Positions 44,807 to 54,528 of a stretch of DNA of 64,000 nt are shown piece by piece (within the stretch, counting starts at the first letter, position 1; every line of letters starts with the position of its first letter). Position numbers and translations under genes: made by a program. Location of the stretch: positions 20,411-84,410 of the forward strand of contig QHSU01000057.1 in the NCBI GenBank assembly GCA_003220535.1, in the 5' to 3' direction. Under the pieces are notes generated by a model. That model ran no database searches. It saw only the letters and a list, made by a program, of their open reading frames with translations, and had not been told where the DNA came from. The stretch comes from Candidatus Rokuibacteriota bacterium. Lineage in GTDB: Bacteria; Methylomirabilota; Methylomirabilia; Rokubacteriales; CSP1-6.

Positions 44807-45577
44807 TCAGGCGGCCCCATGGGCCTCGAGGTAGCTCGACAGGGCCCGCGCGGTGACGAAGAGGAAGGCCCTGTCCGACAGGTAGCCCAGGATACCGAAG
44901 ACGGCGAGGACCACGAAGATCCGGTTGGTCTGCACGAGCAGGCTCGACTGCTGCAAGAGAAAACCGAGCCCGGAGTCGGCGGCCAGAATCTCGGCGGGAA
45001 TGATCGACAGGTACGAGGAGGCGAGCGCCACGCGCATGCCCGTCACCACGGAGGGCACGGCCGAGGGAAGTACGATCAGCGTGAAGATCTGCAGCCGCGT
45101 GGCCCCCAGGCACTCCGCCGCCCGCAGGCGGTCCCACGGGGTGGCCATCACGCCGTGGATCGCGTTGATCAGCACGATGAAGAACGTGCCCCAGAAGATC
45201 AGGAAGTACTTCGAGGTCTCTCCGATCCCGAACCAGATCACCGCGATGGGGATCATGGCCGTGGGTGACAGGAACCGGAAGAACTCGATGACGGGATCGA
45301 GCAGGTCGTGCACCCAGCGGATGCGCCCCATGAGGACTCCCAGCACGATTCCGAGCGCGCTGCCCAGCACGAACCCCACCGCCACCCGCGCGAGGCTGGC
45401 GGACACGTGGCGTGGGATCTCGGCGGTAGTCAGCATCGGGATCGCCGTCTGGAGGACCACGCCCGGAGGCGGGATCAGGTGCGGGCTCACGAACCATGTA
45501 GAGGCGATCTGCCAGATCCCTATGAGGACACCGAAGGACAGGCAAAACATCGCCACCGACCGCACCCGGTCCGTCAT
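44807..45577 (-). CDS. ABC transporter permease (NitT/TauT/SsuC family)
   Basis: The start is ATG 45577 (MTDRVRSV...), which overlaps the ATPase stop (ATGA). There are 6 TM segments and an EAA loop (...ECLGATRLQIFTLIVLPSAVP...). Confidence 0.85.
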   Translation of the reverse strand: MTDRVRSVAMFCLSFGVLIGIWQIASTWFVSPHLIPPPGVVLQTAIPMLTTAEIPRHVSASLARVAVGFVLGSALGIVLGVLMGRIRWVHDLLDPVIEFFRFLSPTAMIPIAVIWFGIGETSKYFLIFWGTFFIVLINAIHGVMATPWDRLRAAECLGATRLQIFTLIVLPSAVPSVVTGMRVALASSYLSIIPAEILAADSGLGFLLQQSSLLVQTNRIFVVLAVFGILGYLSDRAFLFVTARALSSYLEAHGAA

Positions 45578-46341
45578 CCGCTTTGCGCCTCCGGCAGGAG
45601 CAGCGCCTCGACTCGGGCGAAGGTCTCTCCGAAGCGGGGGTTGCCCGGGTCCCGGGGGCGCGGCAACGGGATCGGCAAGACGGCCTTGAGCCCTGCGTTC
45701 GGGCCGCGGGTCATCACGCCGACGCGATCGGCCAGCACCAGCGCCTCGCTCACGTCGTGGGTCACGAATACGACCGTCTTGCCGGTGGCCGCCCAGATCC
45801 GCAAGAGCTCGGTGTGCATGAGGCGTCGCGTGATGGCGTCCAGGGCCGCGAAGGGCTCGTCCATCAGAAGGATGGCGGGATCGATGGCCAGCGCGCGGGC
45901 GATCTGGATGCGCTGCTTCATCCCGCCCGAGAGCTGGCGCGGAAACTTCTGGCGATCGTCCCACAGCCCGACCAGCTTCAGAAAGCGCTCGACCACCGGC
46001 GCCCGTCGGGCGCGGTCCAGGCCCTGAATGCGGAGGCCGAAGCCCACGTTCTCCTCCGCGGTGAGCCAGGGGAAGAGCGCGGCGTCGGCGTTCTGGAAGA
46101 AGACCACCCGGTCGCGCCCGGCGCGGGTGATGGGGACGCCGTCGAGGAGCAGCGCGCCCGCGGAGGCCGTCTCGAATCCGGCCAGGATGTTCAGGAGCGT
46201 CGTCTTGCCGCAGCCGCTCGCTCCGAGCAGACAGAAGAACTCACCGTCGCCGATCTCGAGGTCGATCCCGGCCAGCACCCGCACGGCCGCGCCGCCTCGG
46301 CGCAGCACAAAGCTCTTCTCGAGGCGGCGGATCGCCAGCAC
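45574..46341 (-). CDS. ABC transporter ATP-binding protein (NitT/TauT family)
   Basis: Walker A is GASGCGKTT, the signature is LSGGMKQR and Walker B is LLMDEP. Confidence 0.9.
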   Translation of the reverse strand: MLAIRRLEKSFVLRRGGAAVRVLAGIDLEIGDGEFFCLLGASGCGKTTLLNILAGFETASAGALLLDGVPITRAGRDRVVFFQNADAALFPWLTAEENVGFGLRIQGLDRARRAPVVERFLKLVGLWDDRQKFPRQLSGGMKQRIQIARALAIDPAILLMDEPFAALDAITRRLMHTELLRIWAATGKTVVFVTHDVSEALVLADRVGVMTRGPNAGLKAVLPIPLPRPRDPGNPRFGETFARVEALLLPEAQSG

Positions 46342-46356
46342 CGGGCCCGTCCCGTC

Positions 46357-47373
46357 CTACCAGCGGAACTCCGGCGACACACGCTCGGGCAGCGCCTTCT
46401 GGAGCGGGCGCGGATCGAAGAGCGACTTCGGGCTGAAGTCGCGCTTGGCGATGCCGGCCTCCTTCATCCAGCGGGCGAGCTTCGCGAAGTCGTCCCAGAC
46501 CACTTTGTCGAAGCCGACCACGCGCTCGTTGTACGAGTAGTCGGCCTCCACCGGCGCGGTGTCCTGGACGCTGAACTGCTCCTTGGCGAACTGGATCACT
46601 TCGTCCTTGTGCTCGGCGGCGTAGCGTCGGCCCTTGTCGATCGCCGCCATCATCTTCTCGGCGACGCCCGGGTGCTCTTTGAGGTACCACTTCCACGTCC
46701 CGATCACCAGGTAGCCGTTCATGTAGCCCTTGGCGGTGGTGAGCTTGTGAACACGGCTGCCCGAGACCTTCAGGGCCTGGGCGCCGTACGGCTCCCAGAT
46801 GAAGAAGGCGTCGATGTCCCCGCGGTCCAGCGCGGAGGGCATGATGTGGGTCTCCATGTTCTTGATCGTGACGTCCTTCTCGGTGAGGCCGTGGGCCTTG
46901 AGGTACTCGCTCACGAACCAGGAGCCGGTCGAGCCCACACGAGTGGCGATCGTCTTGCCCTTGAGATCCTTGCCCGTCTTGATCTCGCTCTTGGCGATGC
47001 CGACGTAGCCCTCGGCGTCGCGCTCGACCACCGCGAAGAGCGTGAAGGCCTCGTCCATGTTCTGCCAGAAGTTGACGGCGGGCAGCTCGCCGCCCGTGTT
47101 GAAGTCGCCGAAGCCGCGCTTGCCCTCCTTGCCCACCTGGAAGGTCTGCATGGCGGTCGTCCCCGACGAGAACCACTTGACGGTGACGTCGAGGCCCTGT
47201 TCCTTGAAGTAACCCTTCTTGATCGCCATCCAGATGGAGTCCGCCTTGGCGATCGGCTGTGAGAAGAGGAGCACCTTGCCGTCCTCGTGTCCGGCGCGGG
47301 CCCGCGTGCCGGTCCCCAGCACGGTCACCAGCGCCATGCACGCGATCCAGCCGCTCCACCATCGGGTAGTCAT
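46357..47373 (-). CDS. ABC transporter substrate-binding protein (NMT1/SsuA-like)
   Basis: The start is ATG 47373 (MTTRWWSGWIACMALVTVLG...), with a GAGGAGGA SD and a signal peptide. It lies next to the NitT/TauT ATPase and permease. Confidence 0.75.
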   Translation of the reverse strand: MTTRWWSGWIACMALVTVLGTGTRARAGHEDGKVLLFSQPIAKADSIWMAIKKGYFKEQGLDVTVKWFSSGTTAMQTFQVGKEGKRGFGDFNTGGELPAVNFWQNMDEAFTLFAVVERDAEGYVGIAKSEIKTGKDLKGKTIATRVGSTGSWFVSEYLKAHGLTEKDVTIKNMETHIMPSALDRGDIDAFFIWEPYGAQALKVSGSRVHKLTTAKGYMNGYLVIGTWKWYLKEHPGVAEKMMAAIDKGRRYAAEHKDEVIQFAKEQFSVQDTAPVEADYSYNERVVGFDKVVWDDFAKLARWMKEAGIAKRDFSPKSLFDPRPLQKALPERVSPEFRW

Positions 47374-47489
47374 CGGGTCATCCTCCTCGGGCGTGCCAAA
47401 GACTCGCCAAGCGCATCGCCGGACAGCGGGCCTCACGATAGGCCAGGAGCGGGCCTGGTGACAAGGGCCCCGCCGGCGCTCGGGGACTG

Positions 47490-48263
47490 CTACAGGGCGA
47501 CCGAGAGTCCCGCGTCCACCGTCAGCACCTGGCCCGTGATGTAGGACGCCGCGTCGGACGCCAGGAAGATGGCCGCGCCCACGAGCTCGTCGGGCCGGCC
47601 GAAGCGCTGCAGCGGGATGCGTCGCGCCAGCTCGGCGATGCGCGGCTGGGCGAAGAAGAGGGCGTTTCCGTCGGTCAGGAAGAACCCGGGCGCGATCGCG
47701 TTGGCGGATATTCCCTTGTCGCCGAGCTCGACCGCGAGCGCGCGCATCAGCGCCTCGAGCCCGCCCTTCGACGCGACGTAGGCCGGATCGCCCTGGAACG
47801 ACTGCGGCCCTACCATCGAGCTGATGAACACGAGCCGCCCCTGACCTCGGGCTGCCATGTGCCGGACGACCACGCGGGAGAGCGCGTACTGCGCGACCAG
47901 ATTGGTCTCGATCAGGCGGCGAAAATCCTCGGCCGCGATATCGTGCAAAGGCCGGCGATCGCGCACGGCCGCGTTGTTGACGAGGCAATCGAGGTGGCCG
48001 TACCGCGCCACGAGGTCGTCGATGGCCGACTCCGCCGCGCACAGATCGGTGATGTCGAAGGAGGCGGCGAAAGCGTTTGGAATGCCCTTCGCGACCTCAC
48101 GGGCCCGCGCCGCGTCGCGGCCATTGATCCCGACCACGGCGCCGGCCGCCGCCATGCCGCGCGCGATCTCGAGTCCCAGCCCCCGCGTCGCGCCGGTGAC
48201 CAGCGCGATACGCCCGGATAGCGAGAAGCGCTCGAGTCCCGACGTCGTCGCCACGGGTGTCAT
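47490..48263 (-). CDS. Short-chain dehydrogenase/reductase (SDR)
   Basis: It contains the TGATRGLG cofactor motif, NNAA, the catalytic S...YVASK, and a C-terminal ...ASYITGQVLTVDAG. Confidence 0.9.
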   Translation of the reverse strand: MTPVATTSGLERFSLSGRIALVTGATRGLGLEIARGMAAAGAVVGINGRDAARAREVAKGIPNAFAASFDITDLCAAESAIDDLVARYGHLDCLVNNAAVRDRRPLHDIAAEDFRRLIETNLVAQYALSRVVVRHMAARGQGRLVFISSMVGPQSFQGDPAYVASKGGLEALMRALAVELGDKGISANAIAPGFFLTDGNALFFAQPRIAELARRIPLQRFGRPDELVGAAIFLASDAASYITGQVLTVDAGLSVAL

Positions 48264-48292
48264 TGACAGGCGTCTTCTCGATTCCAGACAAT
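48263..48292 (+). promoter_or_regulatory. Possible sigma-70 promoter TTGACA-N18-GACAAT for the amidohydrolase/LLM/proline-racemase-like operon
   Basis: The -35 hexamer is perfect and overlaps the divergent SDR start codon. The -10 element lies about 45 nt upstream of ATG 48338. Confidence 0.3.
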
Positions 48293-48337
48293 AGGCCAAT
48301 TCTTCGAAGAGTGAAAGTCGTGAAGCAAGGAGGCCCG

Positions 48338-49657
48338 ATGGTGGCCACGAGCGCGCGCAAGGACTTCCCGGTGTTCGACTGTGACAGCCACGTCGTCGAG
48401 CCGCCCGCGATCTGGGACGAGTACGTCCCGGCCAAGAGTCGCGCGTGGATCAAGACACAGTTCTGGTTCCACACCGACAGCGACCTCCTGTACATCAACG
48501 GGCGGGTGGTCCCCGCCGCGCGCGAGCGCTCGAACGCCGCCGAGGTGGGCTGGGCGCGCTGGGACAAGAAGGAGGTGGGCAAGCTCACCCCCGGCACCGC
48601 GGCTTGGCGGGAAAAGTTCGGACGCCTGCTCGGCTGCCGCGACCCGCACGCAAGGCTCAACGACATGGACGCCCTGGGCACCGATCAGGTGATGCTGTTC
48701 CCCACGTGGTTCGTGCGGCTGGCGCTGGTGCGCAGCGCCGAGGCGGCGGCGGTGCTGGCCCAGGCCTACAACGACTGGGTGCTCGACTATTGCGCCGCCG
48801 ACCGGCGGCGGCTATTTCCCTGCGCCGTGTTGCCCTTGCAGAGCATCGAGGCGTCGATCGCGGAGCTGAAGCGCGTCGCCACGCTGGGCTTCAAGGCGGC
48901 GGCCGTTCGCCCCTGCTTCTGGAACGGCCGCTATCCCACGCTGACCGAGTTCGATCCTCTGTGGCGCGAATTCGAGGCCACGGGCGTGGTTCTCGCGATG
49001 CACACCTTTCCGTCGCGCGAGGCGCTGACACCCGAATGGGGCCAGCGCATGTCCCAGGCGCGCGGCCATTCGGGGCAGGGGCTGCTGTTCACCGACGAGT
49101 CTGTCGTCTACTCACCCGGTCAGTTCGTCTCGAACATCACCGCGGCCATGGACCCAGCCATCGACGCCTCCGAGACGCTGGGCTTCTTGATGGAGGCGAT
49201 GACCTGGGTGACGGTGGTGGTGCAGACCGGCTGGCTTGAGAAGTTCCCGAAGCTCAAGGCGGCGGTGCTGGAATCCAATGCCTCGTGGCTGCCGCTGATC
49301 CTGGCGCGGAGCTCGAACTTCTCGAACCTGTTCGCATTTCAGCGTGACAATCGGCTCATCCGCGATCCCGTCGAGGTGTTCAACGAGCGCTGCTTCATCG
49401 GCTTCGAGTCGGACGAGACGCTGGTCTATCGCCTCTGGGACGTGTTCCAGGACGTCGCGATCTGGTCCTCGGACTATCCGCACCACGACGCCGAGGACGC
49501 CTGGGACGGCCTGCACCACCTGGCCGAGTTCAAGGTGCCGGCCAAGGTCCAGCGCCAGCTGATGGGCGAGAACGCGCGCCGGCTCTACGGCATCGAGCCG
49601 GTGATGGCGGTCGAGGAGCGGATCGAGAAGTACGATCCCGCGATCCTGCCCTGGTGA
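48338..49657 (+). CDS. Amidohydrolase-2 family protein (ACMSD-type metal-dependent hydrolase/decarboxylase)
   Basis: It contains FPVFDCDSHVVEP (the metal-binding D-x-H/H-x-H position) and ...IWSSDYPHHD... near the C-terminus. An AAGGAGG SD is present. Confidence 0.75.
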   Translation: MVATSARKDFPVFDCDSHVVEPPAIWDEYVPAKSRAWIKTQFWFHTDSDLLYINGRVVPAARERSNAAEVGWARWDKKEVGKLTPGTAAWREKFGRLLGCRDPHARLNDMDALGTDQVMLFPTWFVRLALVRSAEAAAVLAQAYNDWVLDYCAADRRRLFPCAVLPLQSIEASIAELKRVATLGFKAAAVRPCFWNGRYPTLTEFDPLWREFEATGVVLAMHTFPSREALTPEWGQRMSQARGHSGQGLLFTDESVVYSPGQFVSNITAAMDPAIDASETLGFLMEAMTWVTVVVQTGWLEKFPKLKAAVLESNASWLPLILARSSNFSNLFAFQRDNRLIRDPVEVFNERCFIGFESDETLVYRLWDVFQDVAIWSSDYPHHDAEDAWDGLHHLAEFKVPAKVQRQLMGENARRLYGIEPVMAVEERIEKYDPAILPW

Positions 49658-49661
49658 GCGG

Positions 49662-50579
49662 ATGCGGATCGGGGTGAACCTCCTCAACTTCGGGCCGGGC
49701 GTGAGCCCGGACGCGCTCGCGGGCTGGACGCAGCTTGCGGAGACGCTCGGGTATCACTTCGTGATGATCTCCGACCACGTCGCGATGACGCCGGACGTCG
49801 TGGCGCGCTATCCCGCGCCGTTCTACGATCCGTTTGTCACGCTCGCGTGGCTGGCCCGCGTCACGACACGCGTGGAGCTCGGGACGACGGTCGTGATCCT
49901 GCCGTATCGCCATCCGCTCCACACCGCGCGGCTCGGCGCGAACATCGACCGGCTGTCCGGCGGGCGCTTCATCTTCGGCGTCGGCGTCGGCTGGGCGAAG
50001 CAGGAGTTCGCGACGCTCGGCGTGCCGTTCGAGCGGCGCGGCGCCATGTCGAACGACTACCTGGCCGCCATCAAGACCGCGTGGACCAGCGACCCGGCGT
50101 CGTACACGGGACCGTTCGTCTCGTTCCGCGACGTGCAGACCGGGCCGCGCCCGGTCCGGTCGCCGCATCCGCCGATCTGGGTCGGCGGCGCGAGCGACGC
50201 CGCGATGCGACGCACCGTGCGTCTGGGCGACGCGTGGCACCCGATCCGCGTGCGTATTCCCTGGCTCCGTGACACGGGGCTGCCGAAGCTGCGCGAGATC
50301 GCCGACAAAGAGGGCCGGCCGCTTCCGGCGCTCTGCCCGCGAATCCGACTGCGCGTCACCGACACGAAGCTTGCCGACGATCAGCGGATCGCCGGCGAGG
50401 GGAGCCTCGATCAGGTCCGGGCCGACCTCGAGGCGCTCGCCAGGCTGGGCGCGAGCTACGTGCTGTTCGACACGTACACGGACGACGCGGAGGCCACGCG
50501 CCACCACGAGACCGCCTGGCGCATGCTCGCCCTGGTCGCCGAGCGGGTGCTGGACCTCGGGAAGGAAACGCTGCGGTGA
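49662..50579 (+). CDS. LLM-class F420/flavin-dependent oxidoreductase
   Basis: It contains MRIGVNLLNFGPG...HFVMISDHV... and ...IWVGGASDAAMRRTVRLGDAWHP. Confidence 0.8.
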   Translation: MRIGVNLLNFGPGVSPDALAGWTQLAETLGYHFVMISDHVAMTPDVVARYPAPFYDPFVTLAWLARVTTRVELGTTVVILPYRHPLHTARLGANIDRLSGGRFIFGVGVGWAKQEFATLGVPFERRGAMSNDYLAAIKTAWTSDPASYTGPFVSFRDVQTGPRPVRSPHPPIWVGGASDAAMRRTVRLGDAWHPIRVRIPWLRDTGLPKLREIADKEGRPLPALCPRIRLRVTDTKLADDQRIAGEGSLDQVRADLEALARLGASYVLFDTYTDDAEATRHHETAWRMLALVAERVLDLGKETLR

Positions 50580-51598
50580 GGTGGGAGCGCACGGTGACGG
50601 TGATCGGCTGCCACGTGGGCGGTGAGGACAATCACGTGATCGTGGGCGGCGTGCTGCCGCCGCCGGGTACCACGATGTTCGAGAAGAAGCGCTACCTCGA
50701 GACACACGGGGACGAGCTGCGGCGATGGCTTCTGTTCGAGCCGCGGGGGAAGCCCACGCTCTGCATGAATCTCGTGACGCCGCCCACCCGGCCCGACTGC
50801 GACGCGGGCATGATCATCATGGAAGCCACCGACTATCCGCCGATGTCCGGGTCGAACACCATCTGTACCGTCACCGTCCTGCTCGAGACGGGCATGCTGC
50901 CGATGCGCGAGCCGGTGACGACTCTCACGCTGGACACGCCCGCGGGCCCGGTGCCGGTCGAGGCGCGCTGCCGCGGTGGCAAGGTGGAGCGGGTCCAGTT
51001 CACGAACGTCCCGTGCTTCGTCACGCATCTCGACGCCATGCTCGACGTGGAGGGCGTGGGCCGGATTCCGGTCGACGTGGCCTACGGCGGCGCCTTCTTC
51101 GCCATCGTCGATGCGCCCTCACTCGGCTTCGCGGTCGAGCCAAAGGAGGCGCGGGATCTGGTCGCCGTCGGCAACCGGATCGCGGCCGCGGCCGCGCAGC
51201 AACTGCCCGTGCGCCACCCGGAGAATCCGGACATCCACACCGTGACCTTCGCCGAGTTCGCCATGCCCTTCGCGGGCCCGGGGACGGTGAGCCGGAATGC
51301 CGTGATCGTCGCGCCCGGCCGCATCGACCGCAGCCCGTGCGGCACGGGCACGTCGGCTCGACTGGCGGTGCTGCACGCGCGCGGGCAGCTGGTAGCGGGT
51401 CAGGGGTTCATCCACGAGTCGATCATCGGCTCGAGGTTCGAGGCCGGGATCGTGAGCGAGGCCACGGTGGGCGGACGCCAGGGCATCGTCCCCACCATCG
51501 CCGGCCAGGCGTGGATCACCGGCGTGTTCCAGCACGGCGTCGATCCGTCCGATCCGTTCCGCGGCGGCTACACGCTGCCAGACTTGTGGTTCGCGTGA
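50576..51598 (+). CDS. Proline-racemase-superfamily enzyme with a Ser/Cys catalytic pair (epimerase/dehydratase-like, not a classic racemase)
   Basis: It contains ...LFEPRGKP.... MSGSNT occupies the position of MCGH(N/G)T, so the first catalytic Cys is replaced by Ser. The second site, DRSPCGTGTSA, is retained. The GTG start overlaps the upstream stop. Confidence 0.8.
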   Translation: MRWERTVTVIGCHVGGEDNHVIVGGVLPPPGTTMFEKKRYLETHGDELRRWLLFEPRGKPTLCMNLVTPPTRPDCDAGMIIMEATDYPPMSGSNTICTVTVLLETGMLPMREPVTTLTLDTPAGPVPVEARCRGGKVERVQFTNVPCFVTHLDAMLDVEGVGRIPVDVAYGGAFFAIVDAPSLGFAVEPKEARDLVAVGNRIAAAAAQQLPVRHPENPDIHTVTFAEFAMPFAGPGTVSRNAVIVAPGRIDRSPCGTGTSARLAVLHARGQLVAGQGFIHESIIGSRFEAGIVSEATVGGRQGIVPTIAGQAWITGVFQHGVDPSDPFRGGYTLPDLWFA

Positions 51599-51770
51599 GC
51601 GGCGGACGCGACCTCGACAAGAATTTAGAGTCGCACCTCGGCCGGCGGGGATTTTTCGGATCGCTCGCCTCGGGCCTGGGGGCCCCAGCCCCCGGGCGGC
51701 CCTGCGGCTCGCACGGCAGCCCCGCGACGGCCTGCGGCGCGTACCACCACCAGGACACGAAGGAGCAGTC

Positions 51771-52799
51771 ATGAGCCACCCGACCTTGGAGTTGTCGCAC
51801 ACAGCGATGAGCGAGGAAGAGGCGCTTCGCTTTCTCGACGGCCACCGCATCCGCCAGGGGAGCCGCACGATGGACCCCAAGGCCCAGATCGTGGGTGAGT
51901 TCGTCAAGTCGATCCGCGTGCCGGGCTATTTCCCACCGTTGCCCGAGCTACGCGCCCAGCTCCGCACCATGGTGACGCTGATGGACGAGCCGGCGCCTGC
52001 GTTGTCGCGCATCGAGGACATCCGCATCCCGGGCCCGGCTGGCGAGATTCCGGCACGGGTCTACGCCGCGCGCGCCGAGGGCGCGCCACTGCCGGCCGTG
52101 GCGTACTTCCATGGTGGTGGCTGGGTGCAGGGGGACCTCGAGACTCATCACGGACTCTGCGCGCGCCTGGCCAGGCACGCGGGCGCGCTCGTCGTCGCCG
52201 TCGACTACCGGCTGGCGCCCGAGCACAAGTTCCCCGCGGCGGTCGAGGATTGCGTGGCGGCGTATCGCTGGCTCCGGGCCCGCGGCCGCGACATTGGCGC
52301 TGACCCCGCCCGCGTGGCCGTGGCCGGTGACTCGGCCGGCGGAAACCTCTCGGCCGTCGTCTCGCAGCTCGCGGCTTCCGGCGACACGCCGTTGCCCACG
52401 TGCCAGGTCCTCATCTACCCCGCCGTCGACTTCTCCCTCGAGACGGACTCGCACCGCGACCTGGCGGACGGCCACGTGATCCCGCGCGATCGCATCCTCT
52501 GGTACATGGAGCAGTATCTGAGGAACGAGGCGGACAAGACCGACCTGCGGGCCTCTCCACTGCGTGCGCCGAGCCTCGCCGGCCAGCCGCCGACGATGAT
52601 CGTCACCGGCGGCTTCGATCCGTTGCGCGACGAGGGCCGGGCGTACGGCGATCGACTGCGCCAGGCCGGCGTGGACGTCGTGTACCGCGAGTACCCGGGC
52701 CAGATCCACGCGTTCGTCTCGCTGACCAAGGCCATCCCGCAGGGCATGGCGTGCACGCTGGAGATCGCGGAGTACTTGCGCCGGCTTCTGATAGGCTGA
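51771..52799 (+). CDS. Alpha/beta hydrolase-fold-3 esterase/lipase (hormone-sensitive-lipase family)
   Basis: It has the HGGGW oxyanion motif, the GDSAGGN nucleophile elbow, and later ...DPLRDEG... and ...HAF. An AAGGAG SD is present. Confidence 0.85.
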   Translation: MSHPTLELSHTAMSEEEALRFLDGHRIRQGSRTMDPKAQIVGEFVKSIRVPGYFPPLPELRAQLRTMVTLMDEPAPALSRIEDIRIPGPAGEIPARVYAARAEGAPLPAVAYFHGGGWVQGDLETHHGLCARLARHAGALVVAVDYRLAPEHKFPAAVEDCVAAYRWLRARGRDIGADPARVAVAGDSAGGNLSAVVSQLAASGDTPLPTCQVLIYPAVDFSLETDSHRDLADGHVIPRDRILWYMEQYLRNEADKTDLRASPLRAPSLAGQPPTMIVTGGFDPLRDEGRAYGDRLRQAGVDVVYREYPGQIHAFVSLTKAIPQGMACTLEIAEYLRRLLIG

Positions 52800-52834
52800 G
52801 CGACCAGCCTGAGCGACGGAAAGGATCGACTGCG

Positions 52835-53548
52835 ATGTCGACCGGCATCGAGTTCACGACGTTCTCGCTCATCGGCCGGTGCGAGCGCACCGGTATGTTC
52901 GGGATCGCCATCGCGACCAGCGAGATGGCCGTCGGCTCGCGGTGCATCCATGTCGCCCCGGGCGTGGGCGCCGTCGTCACGCAGGCCAGCACCAATCCGC
53001 GCCTCGGTCATCTCGGTCTGAATCTCCTGCGCGCCGGATACTCGGCGCCGCGCGTCCTGGAGGAGATCGCGGCCAGCGACCAGTTCGTCGAGCGGCGGCA
53101 GCTCGGGTGTCTGGACGTGAGCGGTCTCACCGCCGCCCGCACGGGCTCCGAGAACAAGCCGTGGGCGGGCCATCGCGTCGAGCGGAACGTGGTCGTCGCG
53201 GCCAACGCCGTCGTGAGCAAGGAGGTCGCCGAGGCGATGCTCGGCGCGTTCCAGCGGGGTGCGGACCTCGCGCTCTGGGAGCGGCTTCTCAGATCTCTCG
53301 AGGCGGGAAAGGCGGCCGGCGGTCAGCCCAACGGCGAAGTGTCCAGCGGGCTCTTCGTCGTCGACCGTGAGCCGTTCGCCATGGTCGACCTGCGCGTCGA
53401 TCTGCATCCCGAGCCCGTCGCCGAGCTTCGCCGGCTGGCCGACGCGTACTTTCCGCTTATTCCGTACTACAACTTGCGCCCGGGCGATCCGAGTGTGCCG
53501 TCGGCCGCGGAGTGGCTCGCCGCGCAGCCGCGACGCAACGCCGGCTAG
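52835..53548 (+). CDS. DUF1028-family protein (Ntn-hydrolase-like)
   Basis: TFSLIGRCERTGMFGIAIATS...APGVGAVVTQASTNPRLG matches the DUF1028 N-terminal pattern. Confidence 0.65.
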   Translation: MSTGIEFTTFSLIGRCERTGMFGIAIATSEMAVGSRCIHVAPGVGAVVTQASTNPRLGHLGLNLLRAGYSAPRVLEEIAASDQFVERRQLGCLDVSGLTAARTGSENKPWAGHRVERNVVVAANAVVSKEVAEAMLGAFQRGADLALWERLLRSLEAGKAAGGQPNGEVSSGLFVVDREPFAMVDLRVDLHPEPVAELRRLADAYFPLIPYYNLRPGDPSVPSAAEWLAAQPRRNAG

Positions 53549-53570
53549 ATGCCCGGGCCTCGAAGCTTCA

Positions 53571-54422
53571 TCAACCCTCCAGCGCGACCTGTTCGGCGTA
53601 CGCGGCCCGGTAGCCATCGTAGGAGCGCGCATAGGCCGCACGGGCCGTCTCGTCGAGGTCGGCCGCCGGCGCAGGCTCGAGCTCGAAGTGGCCGAACGTA
53701 TCGAGACCGCGGACCAGCATGGCCGGCGTCTTGTGCTTCACGCCGAGGTGTTGCACGTGCGTCGGGATGTAGCTGATCGCCAGGCCGATCCGACGTCCGA
53801 GCGATCGATTCGGCTTCGAGCGGTGGAGACACAGCGTGTGGTGCAGCGAGAACTCACCCGCGCGCAGGGGTGCCAGAACCGCCGGCGTGTCGTCCACGTC
53901 CGTGGTGACTGCCTGACCCGCACGATTCACGCTGCTGGCGACGACGCCCGCGCGATGGGGCAACTGCCCGCGAGCGTGACTGCCAGGCAAGAACTCCATG
54001 CAGCCATTCTCCGCCGTCGCATCGGTGAGCGCGAGCCACGCGGTGACGTGCTCGTATGGACGCAGTCCGAAATACGTGGCGTCCTGATGCCAGGCGGCGA
54101 TCGCCGCACTCTCGGGCTCCTTGATGAACCACGTCGAGGTGTACACGAGGATATTGGGGCCGATGAGATCCTCGATGGCGTCCAGGATCGCGGGGTGTCG
54201 AGCGAGCGTGTGCACCCAGGTCAAGAGAACGTGCGTACGGGACCGGTAGCGCGGATCCGTGCCATCGGACGTGAGCGGTCCGCCGACGGCCTTTTCGAAC
54301 GCCTCGAGTTTTCCGCGATAGTATGCCGCCTGCTCACCTGTGAGCGCGGCGATGGGCGACAAGAATCCGTCTCGCGCGTAGCTCTCCGTCTGGACTGATG
54401 AAAGCTTCGTCGGCATGGTCAT
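53571..54422 (-). CDS. Phytanoyl-CoA dioxygenase (PhyH)-family Fe(II)/2-oxoglutarate oxygenase
   Basis: It contains YARDGFLSPI..., the facial-triad block ...AWHQDATYFGL (H-x-D), and later ...SLHHTLCLHRS. An AGGTGG SD is present. Confidence 0.8.
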   Translation of the reverse strand: MTMPTKLSSVQTESYARDGFLSPIAALTGEQAAYYRGKLEAFEKAVGGPLTSDGTDPRYRSRTHVLLTWVHTLARHPAILDAIEDLIGPNILVYTSTWFIKEPESAAIAAWHQDATYFGLRPYEHVTAWLALTDATAENGCMEFLPGSHARGQLPHRAGVVASSVNRAGQAVTTDVDDTPAVLAPLRAGEFSLHHTLCLHRSKPNRSLGRRIGLAISYIPTHVQHLGVKHKTPAMLVRGLDTFGHFELEPAPAADLDETARAAYARSYDGYRAAYAEQVALEG

Positions 54423-54528
54423 CCACCTATCTCACTGTCGGGAGGCATGGGTTAGATTCTGCCTCACTGCTCGGGGTCCGGCAATCACTGCCGGCGGCCT
54501 TGTCTTGTCGGAGCGCCGGGGCAGCTCC

